Below, piece by piece: positions 1 through 9,438 of a stretch of 39,645 bases of DNA (position 1 is its first letter; the number at the start of each line of letters is the position of its first letter). The translations under genes and the position numbers were made by a program. Origin of the DNA: Pseudomonadota bacterium (GTDB lineage Bacteria > UBA10199 > 2-02-FULL-44-16 > JAAZCA01); NCBI GenBank assembly GCA_043822785.1, contig JBDRBN010000073.1, positions 1 to 39,645 on the forward strand, in the 5' to 3' direction. Under the pieces are notes generated by a model. It did no database searches and had not been told where the DNA came from. It saw only the letters and a program-made list of their open reading frames with translations.

Positions 1-137
1 TTTCTGGCCAACAAGTTCAGTTTTGCACAGGATGCTTTCGCTTTTGCCATTTGACTTATTTATCTTGACGAGCCCGTTGCCTTAATAGGGCACGGCGGGT
101 TCTTTAAGGAGCGTAGCTTAAAAGCTATGTTTACTTC

Positions 138-941
138 ATGCGCACAACATCGATTATTTGTGCCTCGTTTATCCTCCTTGTATATTTGGGCTTTACATCC
201 CCTGCTTTTGCACAAGAGGAGGAACATGCAGAATTTGCAGCTGAGGGTCTTGATGAAGGGGTGGAAATTGCTCCAGAGCTACCCGAAATCGAAGGAGAAC
301 CTATCGAGGAAGAGGAGGGAAAGCTAATAGAAGAAGAAAAACCCCTAGAAGAACCCGAGCTCATCGAAGAAGTGCCTGCAGAGGAAAACCGTTGGCATGT
401 AAAGATCAACGCAGCCATACGCGCTAACTACGTGTTCAACAATTCGCCTGACAGCTTTCTTGTCAAATACCGCTTCACAGTTGAGGGACAAGCAAACGCT
501 GCTACAGCAGTCATCAGCGGCAGCTCTGAAATCAACGCAGAGGTAGAGGGATTTTTAGCTAAGTGGCCCACAGGCGAGTGCCGTCTTGACATAACCATAC
601 CAAGAGCGCCGTTTGAGCTTACCTTCAATCGCAGCGGCGAGGACAAGGGCAGCATCTCTCTAAAATTTAAGCAAAGGATATTGGAGAATTGGAAATCCAA
701 GTGCTCGTTTACCGATGCGCCTGGCGCGCGTTTTGAAACCATGGGCGAGCCCGAAAAATGGCTCACCCAGGCTTTGGATAAAGCAAGGCCGCCGCTTCGC
801 TCAATAGTCACAGACATCACGGATGAAGAAACAACTACGAGCTTTGTGATAACCAAAGAGATAGTCGATGATCCGCCTTTAGGCTCGGTGGAGATCGAAG
901 GCACCGGCGTTATCACCGTCACCCCCGGCAGCGCAGAGTAA
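138..941 (+). CDS. Hypothetical secreted protein with acidic Glu/Pro-rich linker
   Basis: 267-aa ORF; signal peptide ending PAFA|Q; E-rich segment, then a beta-rich domain with two Cys; no family recognised. Confidence 0.8.
   Translation: MRTTSIICASFILLVYLGFTSPAFAQEEEHAEFAAEGLDEGVEIAPELPEIEGEPIEEEEGKLIEEEKPLEEPELIEEVPAEENRWHVKINAAIRANYVFNNSPDSFLVKYRFTVEGQANAATAVISGSSEINAEVEGFLAKWPTGECRLDITIPRAPFELTFNRSGEDKGSISLKFKQRILENWKSKCSFTDAPGARFETMGEPEKWLTQALDKARPPLRSIVTDITDEETTTSFVITKEIVDDPPLGSVEIEGTGVITVTPGSAE
895..941 (+). repeat. Direct repeat copy 1 (3' end of the 138..941 gene)
   Basis: tcgaaggcaccggcgttatcaccgtcacccccggcagcgcagagtaa; 42/47 identical to 2934..2980. Confidence 0.95.
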
Positions 942-959
942 TCAAAAAGGGAGAGCCGA

Positions 960-1805
960 ATGAAGATGTTTTATTGTGTCCTGGCAACACTATTGATTGT
1001 TATGACATCTGCGTGCTCGAACAACTCTTCAACTAATACAGGGGGGACAACTGGAGGTGGAGATACAGGCGGCGGTACAGATGGAGCGAATGCAATTATG
1101 GCCGATCACAGCGTGATCGAGGCGCTCAATTTGATTCCCACAGAATATTTGAATGCTGTATATGCTAATCTCAAAATATACTATGGCCACACGTCACACG
1201 GTAGTCAGCTCATGACAGGACTCGACCTTTTGGACGATGCAAAATTTGATCGGGATGCGTTGAGCATAGAAGAAGAATATGGCGATCTAGGCACTGACGG
1301 CGATCTCTCATGGGCACAGACAACACGCGCCAGGCTGAATCAGCCGGGAAGTGCTATCAATGTAGTCATCTGGTCGTGGTGCGGAGGAGTTTCTGATAAC
1401 AATACCGCGGGCATCGATGCATATCTGAACGAGATGAATGAGCTCGAAGGGGAATATCCCAATGTTAGCTTTGTTTATATGACCGGTCATACCGATGGCA
1501 CTGGTGCAAACGGAACGCTGCGCACAATGAATGCACGCATACGCGACTGGTGCAGAACGCATGACAAAATTTTGTATGACTTTGAGGATATTGAGAGTTG
1601 GAATCCTAATGGTACCTATTATCCCGATGCAAGCGATGCATGCGAATGGTGCAGCACGTGGTGTGCCAGCAACACCTGCGGACCCTACAGCATTAGTTGT
1701 ACTAATGATTCTGACTGTGCCCATAGTCACTGCTTCAACTGCTACAACAAGGGCAAGGCATTCTGGTGGCTTCTGGCCCGCATAGCCGGTTGGAACGGTT
1801 CATGA
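960..1805 (+). CDS. Lipoprotein with SGNH-like (flavodoxin-fold) hydrolase domain and Cys-rich insert
   Basis: Lipobox TSA-C; Gly/Thr linker; motifs YGHTSHGSQL, WSWCG, MTGH, DFEDIES, AHSH..NC..KGKAFWWLLARIAGW; purine-rich RBS upstream. Confidence 0.7.
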   Translation: MKMFYCVLATLLIVMTSACSNNSSTNTGGTTGGGDTGGGTDGANAIMADHSVIEALNLIPTEYLNAVYANLKIYYGHTSHGSQLMTGLDLLDDAKFDRDALSIEEEYGDLGTDGDLSWAQTTRARLNQPGSAINVVIWSWCGGVSDNNTAGIDAYLNEMNELEGEYPNVSFVYMTGHTDGTGANGTLRTMNARIRDWCRTHDKILYDFEDIESWNPNGTYYPDASDACEWCSTWCASNTCGPYSISCTNDSDCAHSHCFNCYNKGKAFWWLLARIAGWNGS

Positions 1806-1849
1806 TGTAAAACACAGAAATACGCAGACGGAGATCAATATTGGTCATC

Positions 1850-1870
1850 ACTGTAGCGAAACGCTACAGT
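1850..1870. repeat. Perfect 9-bp hairpin containing GTAG (REP-like)
   Basis: actgtagcg-aaa-cgctacagt, itself enclosed by agacggaga (1826..1834) / tctccgtct (1889..1897). Confidence 0.7.
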
Positions 1871-1964
1871 TGCATAAATTTTCTAGGCTCTCCGTCTTAT
1901 TATCCCAATCCTTCAATTCGGCGTAATCATTAACAAATTGATCATTTCAATCAATCGCTACACT

Positions 1965-1981
1965 CTGGCACAATTCCTGCT
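1965..1981 (+). promoter_or_regulatory. Putative sigma54 (-24/-12) promoter
   Basis: cTGGCAcaattccTGCt with exact GG-N10-GC spacing, ending 12 bp before the transposase ATG. Confidence 0.65.
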
Positions 1982-1993
1982 CACCTCTCCCAC

Positions 1994-2710
1994 ATGGCAT
2001 ATCTCGCAAGGCAAGATATCCTATACCCAGGAGCCATTTTCCACATCACTTGGCAGTGTCATAATGAAGAATGGCTCCTTAAGGATAATTCTTTGAAGCA
2101 GCTCTACTATGACCTCCTACTCAAATACAAAGACCGCTACGGCGTTGAATTCTACTCCTACTGCCTCATGCATAATCATCCGCATTTAACTGGCAAAACC
2201 TTCGCTGCTGATAGCATCTCCAAACTCATGCAAACCGTTAACTCCCAACTCGCTAAAGCCATAAATAAAAGGTACGAGCGTAAAGGGCAGGCTATTATGG
2301 ATAGATTTAAATCCCCTATCATCCAGACAGACAATCAACTCCTAAAAGTCATGAATTACAACGATCTCAACATAACTAGGACCAAAGCAAAAATTCATCC
2401 TAAGGATTATAACTGGTGCTCATATAGATATTACGCTTATGGCGAGCCCGATCCTCTTATAACCATATCTCCCTCTTATCTGACACTTGGGGATACTGAC
2501 GAACAGAGGCAATCGGAATACAGGAGGATGGTAGAGGAAGTGATTAAAAATGAGGCGTTAAAGAAGAGGGATTATTCTAAAACTTTATATATTGGTGATC
2601 CTGGTTGGGTTAAGGCGAGATATGAAGAAATCAATGAGATCAAGCAGGCTAAACGACTAGCTTATCTAGCACGGCAGAGGCGCATGATGTATATGCGATC
2701 GCCACCATAA
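1994..2710 (+). CDS. REP-associated tyrosine transposase (RAYT; IS200-like HUH/Y1 family)
   Basis: FHITWQCHN, YCLMHNHPHL (HUH), RFKSPII, catalytic-helix NYNDLN, YNWCSYRYY. Confidence 0.85.
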   Translation: MAYLARQDILYPGAIFHITWQCHNEEWLLKDNSLKQLYYDLLLKYKDRYGVEFYSYCLMHNHPHLTGKTFAADSISKLMQTVNSQLAKAINKRYERKGQAIMDRFKSPIIQTDNQLLKVMNYNDLNITRTKAKIHPKDYNWCSYRYYAYGEPDPLITISPSYLTLGDTDEQRQSEYRRMVEEVIKNEALKKRDYSKTLYIGDPGWVKARYEEINEIKQAKRLAYLARQRRMMYMRSPP

Positions 2711-2933
2711 TCAATTCATAGAGAAATCTGTTACAATTAATCAAAAAAACTTCAATCTCAGGAATTGGTTTGTGCAGAACTATAATTATTTGCTGATAAT
2801 CATTATTCTGCGATTAGAAAAGTTCATCACACTAAAAAATCTCCCTAAAATCTGTAAGTGAAGCATGAAAATACTTGCTTAAACCATTCATCGGCAGATT
2901 ATTTGTAAGCCTATCTCCGTCTGTGTTTTTCTG

Positions 2934-2980
2934 TCGAGGGCACCGGCGTCATCACCGTCACCCCCGGCGCCGGAGAGTAA
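2934..2980 (+). repeat. Direct repeat copy 2: orphan duplicate of the 138..941 gene 3' end
   Basis: tcgagggcaccggcgtcatcaccgtcacccccggcgccggagagtaa, reading EGTGVITVTPGAGE*. Confidence 0.95.
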
Positions 2981-3008
2981 ATCCTAAATAAATGATAGTA
3001 TAGGGAGA

Positions 3009-5693
3009 TTAACGCCGCTCAAATGCCTCGATCAACGCTGTAAATGTCTTTGGAGTATATTTATCAAACATGTCCTGTTCGATAAAGAGCCAACCTACTC
3101 TGACTTTATCTTGAAGCTCATTGAGGTCGCCACACCATTGGCTCAGGCGTGCAATCTTCTCTGGATCATCTAGATCTTCGCGGCCCTTTGTCTCTACAAT
3201 CCATATTTCCTTTGCGCTCCGCTTCACAATAAAGTCCGGATAGTAGTCGGCAATAAAGCCGTCCGCGTTTTTGTAATCGATCTTGAAGTGCACAGCGAAA
3301 TAGTTTTTCACATAAGAAACTATGTCTTCGCAGCTTTCAAGAAAGCTAGCAAATTCCAGTTCAAAATGGCTATCGCCGATGATCTTGTTGAAAGGTGATT
3401 TCCTGGGGATAAGATAACCCTGATCCTTTGCTACAAAAGGGCGGCACTTGCTTATTTTTATGAAATCTCGAATTTCAGCTTCGCCTTTGTCCAATACCGT
3501 CAATGCATTTATCTCTTGTTTAAAGGTTTCTATTACCGTCTTGGTCGCCTCAAGTTCAGATAGATTACGCAACGTATTCAGATCGTTTAAATCTACTGCC
3601 CGCTCAAAGAGACGATCGCTGATGAATTCTTTTACTTTACCATAAAGAACATCAAAACCGCTGAAGAGCCTAAGCTCTTTCATGATCGTCTGCGCAAAAT
3701 AGCCCACGACACTCTGGTAATCAGGAAGAAAATCTGCATCAAAAAGCGTTCTATGCGTAATTTCACCATTTGAGATATCGCGGAATACGATCTCGCGTTT
3801 TTCTTCCTCAGAAAACTGTTTCAACGCAACTTTCCGATGGCTGAAGCGGTCAACTTTAAGCTCTGAAAGGTTTTTGTACTCGCGATAAACGCGGGGAGTT
3901 AAAACAGGAATCTCGATATCAAGCGCATCTATGTCCTTCTTTGTATTTGCATTATCTATTTCAATCACTATAGGAGCTTTTGCCTCAGAGCCTTCGCCCA
4001 TCTTACGCCGCTCAAGCTCCACGCCTTCGGACTTTATCGTATCCACAAAGTCCATGAAGGCCTCGGTTCCGATTACGCTCACATACTCTGCAACGTCCTC
4101 TCCAAAATACATACGTCTGAGGCCTCTGCCCAGGGTTTGCTCGGGCAAAATATTGCTCTTTGCCGAATAGGCGCGCAGTCCTACAATAGTAGTCACATTC
4201 CTCACATCCCAACCTTCCTTCAACATGAGCACCGACACGATCGCTTTATAGGGATTGTCTATTTTATCTATTTCATTGGATAGTTTTCGCAGCTTCTCCA
4301 ATTCGTCTTTATTCTTTCCTGTAGCTGCTTCGGAAATTTCACCGTTGTTCTTTGTATGGATAACAAGCACCGAATCTTTGGCCTGAAAATCGGGATATGT
4401 GGCAATAAGATATTGGGCAACCTCGTCGCAGTTCTTGGTGTCATCCGTCATTATAAAGAGCACTGCTTTCTTGCCGACTTTAGCATGCTCTTCAAATGCC
4501 TTTCTCCACTCGATGATGCCGAGATGGATATATTGTCGATATTTTTCCGTGAACTTTGAACTTTGCTCTTCTTGGAGTTTGCTGCGGCTGGCTTCATCCG
4601 GCGCAACAGGGTGTTTGACAACATCTTGGTGAATTGCCTCAACCAATGGATAGTCGCAAATAGTTTGAACAAATATAGACCCGTCATTGTGGCGAGGTGT
4701 TGCCGTCACATCCACCTGCAAGGCAAGCTCATCGCCTGTCATCTTGAGACGGTTGTGGATATCTTCGATGGATTTAAACCAGGCAAGCCGTTCATCATGA
4801 ATATGATGAGCTTCATCGTTGAAGACGATAAGCTCATCGATGTCCCTGACAATCTGGTCAAGATCAACCCTGGATTCGTTTGTGGCGCCAACCGGTTTTG
4901 GCCCAAGAAAATAGTCCATCGTGTTTTCATCAAGGGCTGTCGGCACCGATGCCGAGCTTTCATACACCCTGTGAATGTTTGTAAGAAAGATGTTGCCTGT
5001 CTTTCTAATCGTGCCGAGATTGTCCTGAATATGAAGCGAAAGCTGGAAATCGTCCTTCCAGTTTTGCCCCTCAAAGCCATTGTCCGGAAGAATGGGATCA
5101 TGAAAAAATATCTTGAGGCCGTCAAAGTCGTTTCTCAAACGCTCAAGCACAATGATGTTCGGAGCGATCACCAGAAAATTTCGCGCAAGAGGAGAATCAG
5201 GTTCGTACAGCTTATGAAAATAGCACCACGTAAGAAGCAGAGCTATGGCTTTTGTCTTTCCGCTTCCAGTTGCCATTTTGATTACATACCGCCGCCACGA
5301 CTCAAAAAACATGCTCGCAGTGAGAATGCCGGTGCTGTCAAAACGCATCAAATCATACTTGTCTTTTGCCTTAACGATTTCATGAAGATAAATTACCGTC
5401 TCAACAGCCTCTCTCTGCGCAAAGTAATAGCGGAAGATGGATGATGTCCCGTCGCTTTTCTGAATCGGATGATCTGTTTTAAACCACCAGTTGAGTAGCG
5501 CAACGCTCGTCGAGCTTGCGCCGCTATATCCCGAATCGCGCCACGCTTTCACTTCCCTGCGGAGCTTGTCCACGAGCGGCGGCAGGAGCTTCCCATAGCC
5601 CTTCTTGCGCAGGGCCTCATCTGCCGGAAACCAGCGCAAATCAGGATCAAGAAGATCATAAGGGGACTTTGGAAATTTAGGATGAAGGGCCAT
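3009..5693 (-). CDS. res: Type III restriction endonuclease Res subunit (SF2 helicase + PD-(D/E)xK nuclease)
   Basis: MATGSGKT, DEAHH, TATP, LKEGWDV, QTLGRGLR, C-terminal YYPDFIV...VETKG. Confidence 0.9.
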   Translation of the reverse strand: MALHPKFPKSPYDLLDPDLRWFPADEALRKKGYGKLLPPLVDKLRREVKAWRDSGYSGASSTSVALLNWWFKTDHPIQKSDGTSSIFRYYFAQREAVETVIYLHEIVKAKDKYDLMRFDSTGILTASMFFESWRRYVIKMATGSGKTKAIALLLTWCYFHKLYEPDSPLARNFLVIAPNIIVLERLRNDFDGLKIFFHDPILPDNGFEGQNWKDDFQLSLHIQDNLGTIRKTGNIFLTNIHRVYESSASVPTALDENTMDYFLGPKPVGATNESRVDLDQIVRDIDELIVFNDEAHHIHDERLAWFKSIEDIHNRLKMTGDELALQVDVTATPRHNDGSIFVQTICDYPLVEAIHQDVVKHPVAPDEASRSKLQEEQSSKFTEKYRQYIHLGIIEWRKAFEEHAKVGKKAVLFIMTDDTKNCDEVAQYLIATYPDFQAKDSVLVIHTKNNGEISEAATGKNKDELEKLRKLSNEIDKIDNPYKAIVSVLMLKEGWDVRNVTTIVGLRAYSAKSNILPEQTLGRGLRRMYFGEDVAEYVSVIGTEAFMDFVDTIKSEGVELERRKMGEGSEAKAPIVIEIDNANTKKDIDALDIEIPVLTPRVYREYKNLSELKVDRFSHRKVALKQFSEEEKREIVFRDISNGEITHRTLFDADFLPDYQSVVGYFAQTIMKELRLFSGFDVLYGKVKEFISDRLFERAVDLNDLNTLRNLSELEATKTVIETFKQEINALTVLDKGEAEIRDFIKISKCRPFVAKDQGYLIPRKSPFNKIIGDSHFELEFASFLESCEDIVSYVKNYFAVHFKIDYKNADGFIADYYPDFIVKRSAKEIWIVETKGREDLDDPEKIARLSQWCGDLNELQDKVRVGWLFIEQDMFDKYTPKTFTALIEAFERR

Positions 5694-5735
5694 GAAAAAT
5701 ACCTGTTTTTATAACCACTTAATATTATTAAAGAA

Positions 5736-7094
5736 TCAGCATTTCACTTCCCAGTGTCCGCCTTTGGCCGATCCGACACGCTTTAACAATCCTTTTTTCT
5801 TCAATGACTGTATATTCTTATCGATCGCCGTCGTGCTAATCCCAACTTTTTCGGACAACTCTTTCTTTGATACACGAGGATTTTGCCGGATTAGAGAAAC
5901 TATTTTCCTTTGGCTTTCTACCAACCCTTCTACCAACCCTTCTACCAACCCTTTTTGCCCACCTTTCAGTGAATACTCAGGATCACGGTAAAAGATCACA
6001 CGGAAAAACGGATCAATTTCAAATACCGGCTCTTTTAATCCGGCTTCCCGCATAAGATCGCGCATTCTTTTAATGCCCGATCCCAGCCGTTCGACCTTTC
6101 CCATTCGGTGAAACAAATCCGCTATAATCGGATTGCGTCTTACCGATAACTTATCAAGGCTCTTAACCGTCACACCGGAAAGCAGTCTTCCGGGGTTTTC
6201 TATTTCCACACGGTCGTCATAAACCATCACATAAACACTCGTTCCTTTAATCGTATAATCACGGTGGACAATAGCGTTGACAACCGCCTCACGCAAAGCG
6301 TCCAACGGTATTTCATAAATGTCATACCGGTTAACACCCCGGATTTCACTGCGGATGTTTAAATGTTTCTTCAGGAAAGCAACTGCTTCATTAAACTGCG
6401 TGAGCAAATCATCCCGCACGTCCTTGCGGTCAAAAATGCGCGTTTTATTTGTGCCTTTAAACGCTCCCAGGATACTTTCAGAATGGGGAATAACCTTATC
6501 AACATTTGAAGCGAACATCAAAACCCCGGCGTTATTTATCTTGTTCTTATCCAAGGCTCCCAGACTTGAAAGCACCATCGCAACATTAGCTTTGCTCACT
6601 TTCAGCGATGTGCCGGTCTCTTTCAAAAAGATTTTAACCTTCGCAAGGGAAACATCCTTAAGGCCGACTTTATTACACGCAAGCGACTCAAAAGACACTG
6701 CGTCCGTCTCACGGAAAAAGAGACGGACTTCTTTCTGCGTCATCTTCTGCGTTACGGCGTCGAGCCTGCGGAAATAACCGGACGATGAGGAATAAGGCTT
6801 TTCCTCGCCTTCGGGTATCTCGATCACGATTACATCATCGGACCGCTTGACGCTTTTTATGTGTATCTCAGGATCACAATTGCGGGCGATAGCGTTAATA
6901 TCGGCTTTCATCTTGCCCGTTAGCTTCTCGCCGACAACTTTTCCGTTATCATCAACGCCCAAAAGCAAAAAACCGCCCTTTGTGTTGGAGAAAGCGACTA
7001 TGTCACGGTCGATCTTGGGCGTGAATTTTTCCTTAAACTCCACACTCAAGCCTTCGCCTTCTTTAATGATCAGTTTTAATTCTTCGGGTTTCAT
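5736..7094 (-). CDS. Schlafen/AlbA_2 domain + HATPase_c_4 + C-terminal winged HTH protein
   Basis: GEGLSVEFKE, IVAFSNTKGG.LLLGVDD, REAVVNAIVHRDY, RNPIIA, ERLGSG, HTH ending GGHWEV; start MKPEE at 7094 directly follows the mod stop. Confidence 0.85.
   Translation of the reverse strand: MKPEELKLIIKEGEGLSVEFKEKFTPKIDRDIVAFSNTKGGFLLLGVDDNGKVVGEKLTGKMKADINAIARNCDPEIHIKSVKRSDDVIVIEIPEGEEKPYSSSSGYFRRLDAVTQKMTQKEVRLFFRETDAVSFESLACNKVGLKDVSLAKVKIFLKETGTSLKVSKANVAMVLSSLGALDKNKINNAGVLMFASNVDKVIPHSESILGAFKGTNKTRIFDRKDVRDDLLTQFNEAVAFLKKHLNIRSEIRGVNRYDIYEIPLDALREAVVNAIVHRDYTIKGTSVYVMVYDDRVEIENPGRLLSGVTVKSLDKLSVRRNPIIADLFHRMGKVERLGSGIKRMRDLMREAGLKEPVFEIDPFFRVIFYRDPEYSLKGGQKGLVEGLVEGLVESQRKIVSLIRQNPRVSKKELSEKVGISTTAIDKNIQSLKKKGLLKRVGSAKGGHWEVKC
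5916..5951. repeat. In-frame 12-bp tandem repeat x3 (GLVE x3)
   Basis: (ttctaccaaccc)3 in the linker before the HTH. Confidence 0.95.
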
Positions 7095-7095
7095 A

Positions 7096-9354
7096 CTATC
7101 CAACCCCCACCTCAATCACTTTCATTGTATCGTTGCCGAAGATGTCTACTACCTTTACCGCTATCTTGTAGCGGCCCTTCTGAGGATATTCATAGAAGAT
7201 GCTCTTTAGTTCAAGGCTGCGGTCTTTTTTTGTGCGAAAGGATTGCCATTCGTTTTCAAAGATATAATCGCCAGTCCAGTGTTCTTCCCATTCGCCTTGC
7301 TCATTTTGAAGCCGCACGATTTCCTTTTTGCTCTCAAAATCAAAATCCACTGCCCAATAATCAATCCAGTCGGTCCATTTTTTAGTCAGCACTTCGCGTT
7401 TCACGATACCCTTTTTGTCCTTGCTTACCTTTACGATCTTTCCACCTTCAAGGGCGATCCTGCTCGCGCCGTTCTTAAGCGCCTCGGCAACGTTGTCTAT
7501 TGAATCCTGGGTATAGAATACGCCAAAGTCTATGAGTTCGACTGCTGCTGACTTCTTTTTGATGTGGGGTTTGACCTCAACAAAGGATACATCGTGAAAG
7601 ACCACCTGATTTTTCTCCACAGCGCGCTTGTCAAACACCTCTTTTGGAATGTGTTTCAGCGCCAGATCGATGCCCTTTTGTTTGGCTTCTTCCTGGGCAT
7701 GAGGTGAAAGCCCCATCTCAAATTCAAAGGATAGCACATCAACCTTTGTGAGCTTCTTTTCAAGGCACTCACTTATGATCTCGTCTATATAATCGCGTGA
7801 CACAGGGTGATTGATAGGCCCTATGGCAACAAGTCTTGCGGACTTCTTGCCGGAAAACGTCTTGAACCCTGAAATGGCCTCTGCACGATAAGCGTGAAGG
7901 ATAAGATCAATGTATTCTTGCTCCTTTTGCAAGAGCTGCTTCTTCTTTTCTTCATCGCGCAGATTTTCGTTAACGCCGACATAATACTGGCGTTCGTATT
8001 TTCCGAGGTTCAATATTTCAAAGGCACGGTAGTTTTTGCCTTGTTTTTTTAGCCCACGTTGAACGCCAATCATGCGTTTACGGGTCGTGTGGATAGCAAA
8101 TTTTCCAAGATCCGAACCGATCCACTTGCGTCCCAGCTTTTCAGCAGCAGCAAGTGTAGTACCTGAACCGCAAAAGAAATCGGCAACAAGATCGCCTTCG
8201 TTGGATGATGCTTTTATTATGCGCTCAAGCAGGGCTTCGGGTTTTTGGGTAGGGTAGTCTAATGCTTCATTGCCAGCTGCTTGATTAATATCAGTCCAAA
8301 TATTTGGAATTGTCTTCCCTTTGGAATCCGTTAGATATTTTTTATATTGTGGTACCGCACCTTTCTTAATTTGTACGACAAGTCCTTCTTTATACGCTTT
8401 TTCCATGCGCTCTTTGGTCCAACGCCATACCCTAGTTACACCCAAGAACTCATACTTTAGATTTGGTCTGTCGTCATTTGGATTTAGAAGCGGAAGAAGA
8501 CGATATTTTCCATTATCATCGTCATATTTATATGCAGTTTTTACATATTCTGGGTCATGCTCTTCAAATATCTGTTCGTACAGATAGTTTTCCGACTTTG
8601 AATATCTTAAAAGGGTTTCAGTACAGTGAGAAAAATTATTTAATATATGACTTTTAGGATTCGATCTTTTCCAAATAATTTCATTTCTAAAATTTATCTC
8701 ATCAAATATTTCATCTAGCACTAACCTAAGATGGCTATTCACCCTCCAATCGCAATGCACATAGATACTTCCATCCTCAGCAAGTAAATCACGCATGAGG
8801 GAGAGTCGCTCATAGATCATCGCAATAAAGCTGTCTGTCCCCTTGCCCCAGGTGTCGCGGTACGCCAGATCTTCAAGCACGGACGGCGCTTTTGTAAACT
8901 GCTCGACCTGCCCTGAGCCTGTCGAAGGGTCACCGACTTCAATATTGATTGAAAAATCCGCGCCCACGTCAAACGGTGGGTCTATATAGATTAGCTTAAG
9001 GCCTCCTTGATCCTCGATTTCCTTCCGCAAAGGACCGTTCTTTAGACTTGAGAGGATAAGTTTGTTATCGCCCCATATGAGCTTGTTCGTCCATCCCTTA
9101 AGTTGCCTACCGCGGTTATCCAGGTCAAATATCGATAGTTGAGCTTTTCTATCCTTTTCCTCGCGCGGCTCGTCCACATGTTCGATTGTCTGAAACGGCA
9201 ACACCACATTGCACACCTCATTGGTCTTGCCGTTCCAAACCAATTCCACCTCGCGCTTGTCCTCAAACAAAAGAAACCGATAATGCTCAGGCAAATCCTT
9301 GCCCGCCTCCAAATATTTCACAATATCCCGAATTTCATTATCAGTGAGTTTCAT
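7096..9354 (-). CDS. mod: Type III DNA methyltransferase Mod subunit (beta class) with C-terminal extension
   Basis: [32 protein letters not shown]; co-oriented with res. Confidence 0.9.
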   Translation of the reverse strand: MKLTDNEIRDIVKYLEAGKDLPEHYRFLLFEDKREVELVWNGKTNEVCNVVLPFQTIEHVDEPREEKDRKAQLSIFDLDNRGRQLKGWTNKLIWGDNKLILSSLKNGPLRKEIEDQGGLKLIYIDPPFDVGADFSINIEVGDPSTGSGQVEQFTKAPSVLEDLAYRDTWGKGTDSFIAMIYERLSLMRDLLAEDGSIYVHCDWRVNSHLRLVLDEIFDEINFRNEIIWKRSNPKSHILNNFSHCTETLLRYSKSENYLYEQIFEEHDPEYVKTAYKYDDDNGKYRLLPLLNPNDDRPNLKYEFLGVTRVWRWTKERMEKAYKEGLVVQIKKGAVPQYKKYLTDSKGKTIPNIWTDINQAAGNEALDYPTQKPEALLERIIKASSNEGDLVADFFCGSGTTLAAAEKLGRKWIGSDLGKFAIHTTRKRMIGVQRGLKKQGKNYRAFEILNLGKYERQYYVGVNENLRDEEKKKQLLQKEQEYIDLILHAYRAEAISGFKTFSGKKSARLVAIGPINHPVSRDYIDEIISECLEKKLTKVDVLSFEFEMGLSPHAQEEAKQKGIDLALKHIPKEVFDKRAVEKNQVVFHDVSFVEVKPHIKKKSAAVELIDFGVFYTQDSIDNVAEALKNGASRIALEGGKIVKVSKDKKGIVKREVLTKKWTDWIDYWAVDFDFESKKEIVRLQNEQGEWEEHWTGDYIFENEWQSFRTKKDRSLELKSIFYEYPQKGRYKIAVKVVDIFGNDTMKVIEVGVG
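8907..8929 (-). repeat. CCCTTCGACAGGCTCAGGGCAGG repeat embedded in frame in mod
   Basis: cctgccctgagcctgtcgaaggg, encodes PSTGSGQ; same family as 16362..16414. Confidence 0.8.
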
Positions 9355-9438
9355 ATGATATCCGATTGATCTTGATTATTCTTGATCCACAAAAGTTCGA
9401 GTTTGTTTCTTCGCGTCATACACCAAACATCCTATTGA

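Larger units (their letters stand above)
1814..2934 (+). mobile_element. RAYT-carrying element bounded by 22-bp imperfect inverted repeats
   Basis: acagaaatacgcagacggagat (1814..1835) vs reverse complement of 2913..2934 (acagaaaaacacagacggagat), 20/22; interior visibly AT-rich. Confidence 0.7.

Noticed and set aside
1..50. Possible 5' end of a minus-strand gene (MAKAKASCAKLNLLAR)
   Set aside because: Only 16 codons, no recognisable motif or clear RBS.
2711..2912. tnpB or omega-RNA downstream of the Y1 transposase
   Set aside because: No ORF or evident structure; the protein looks RAYT-like rather than IS605 TnpA.
895..2980. DGR template/variable repeat pair
   Set aside because: No reverse transcriptase in the window, and mismatches are not confined to adenines.
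4563..5444. 293-aa plus-strand ORF and other long antisense ORFs
   Set aside because: Shadows of well-supported genes on the opposite strand.
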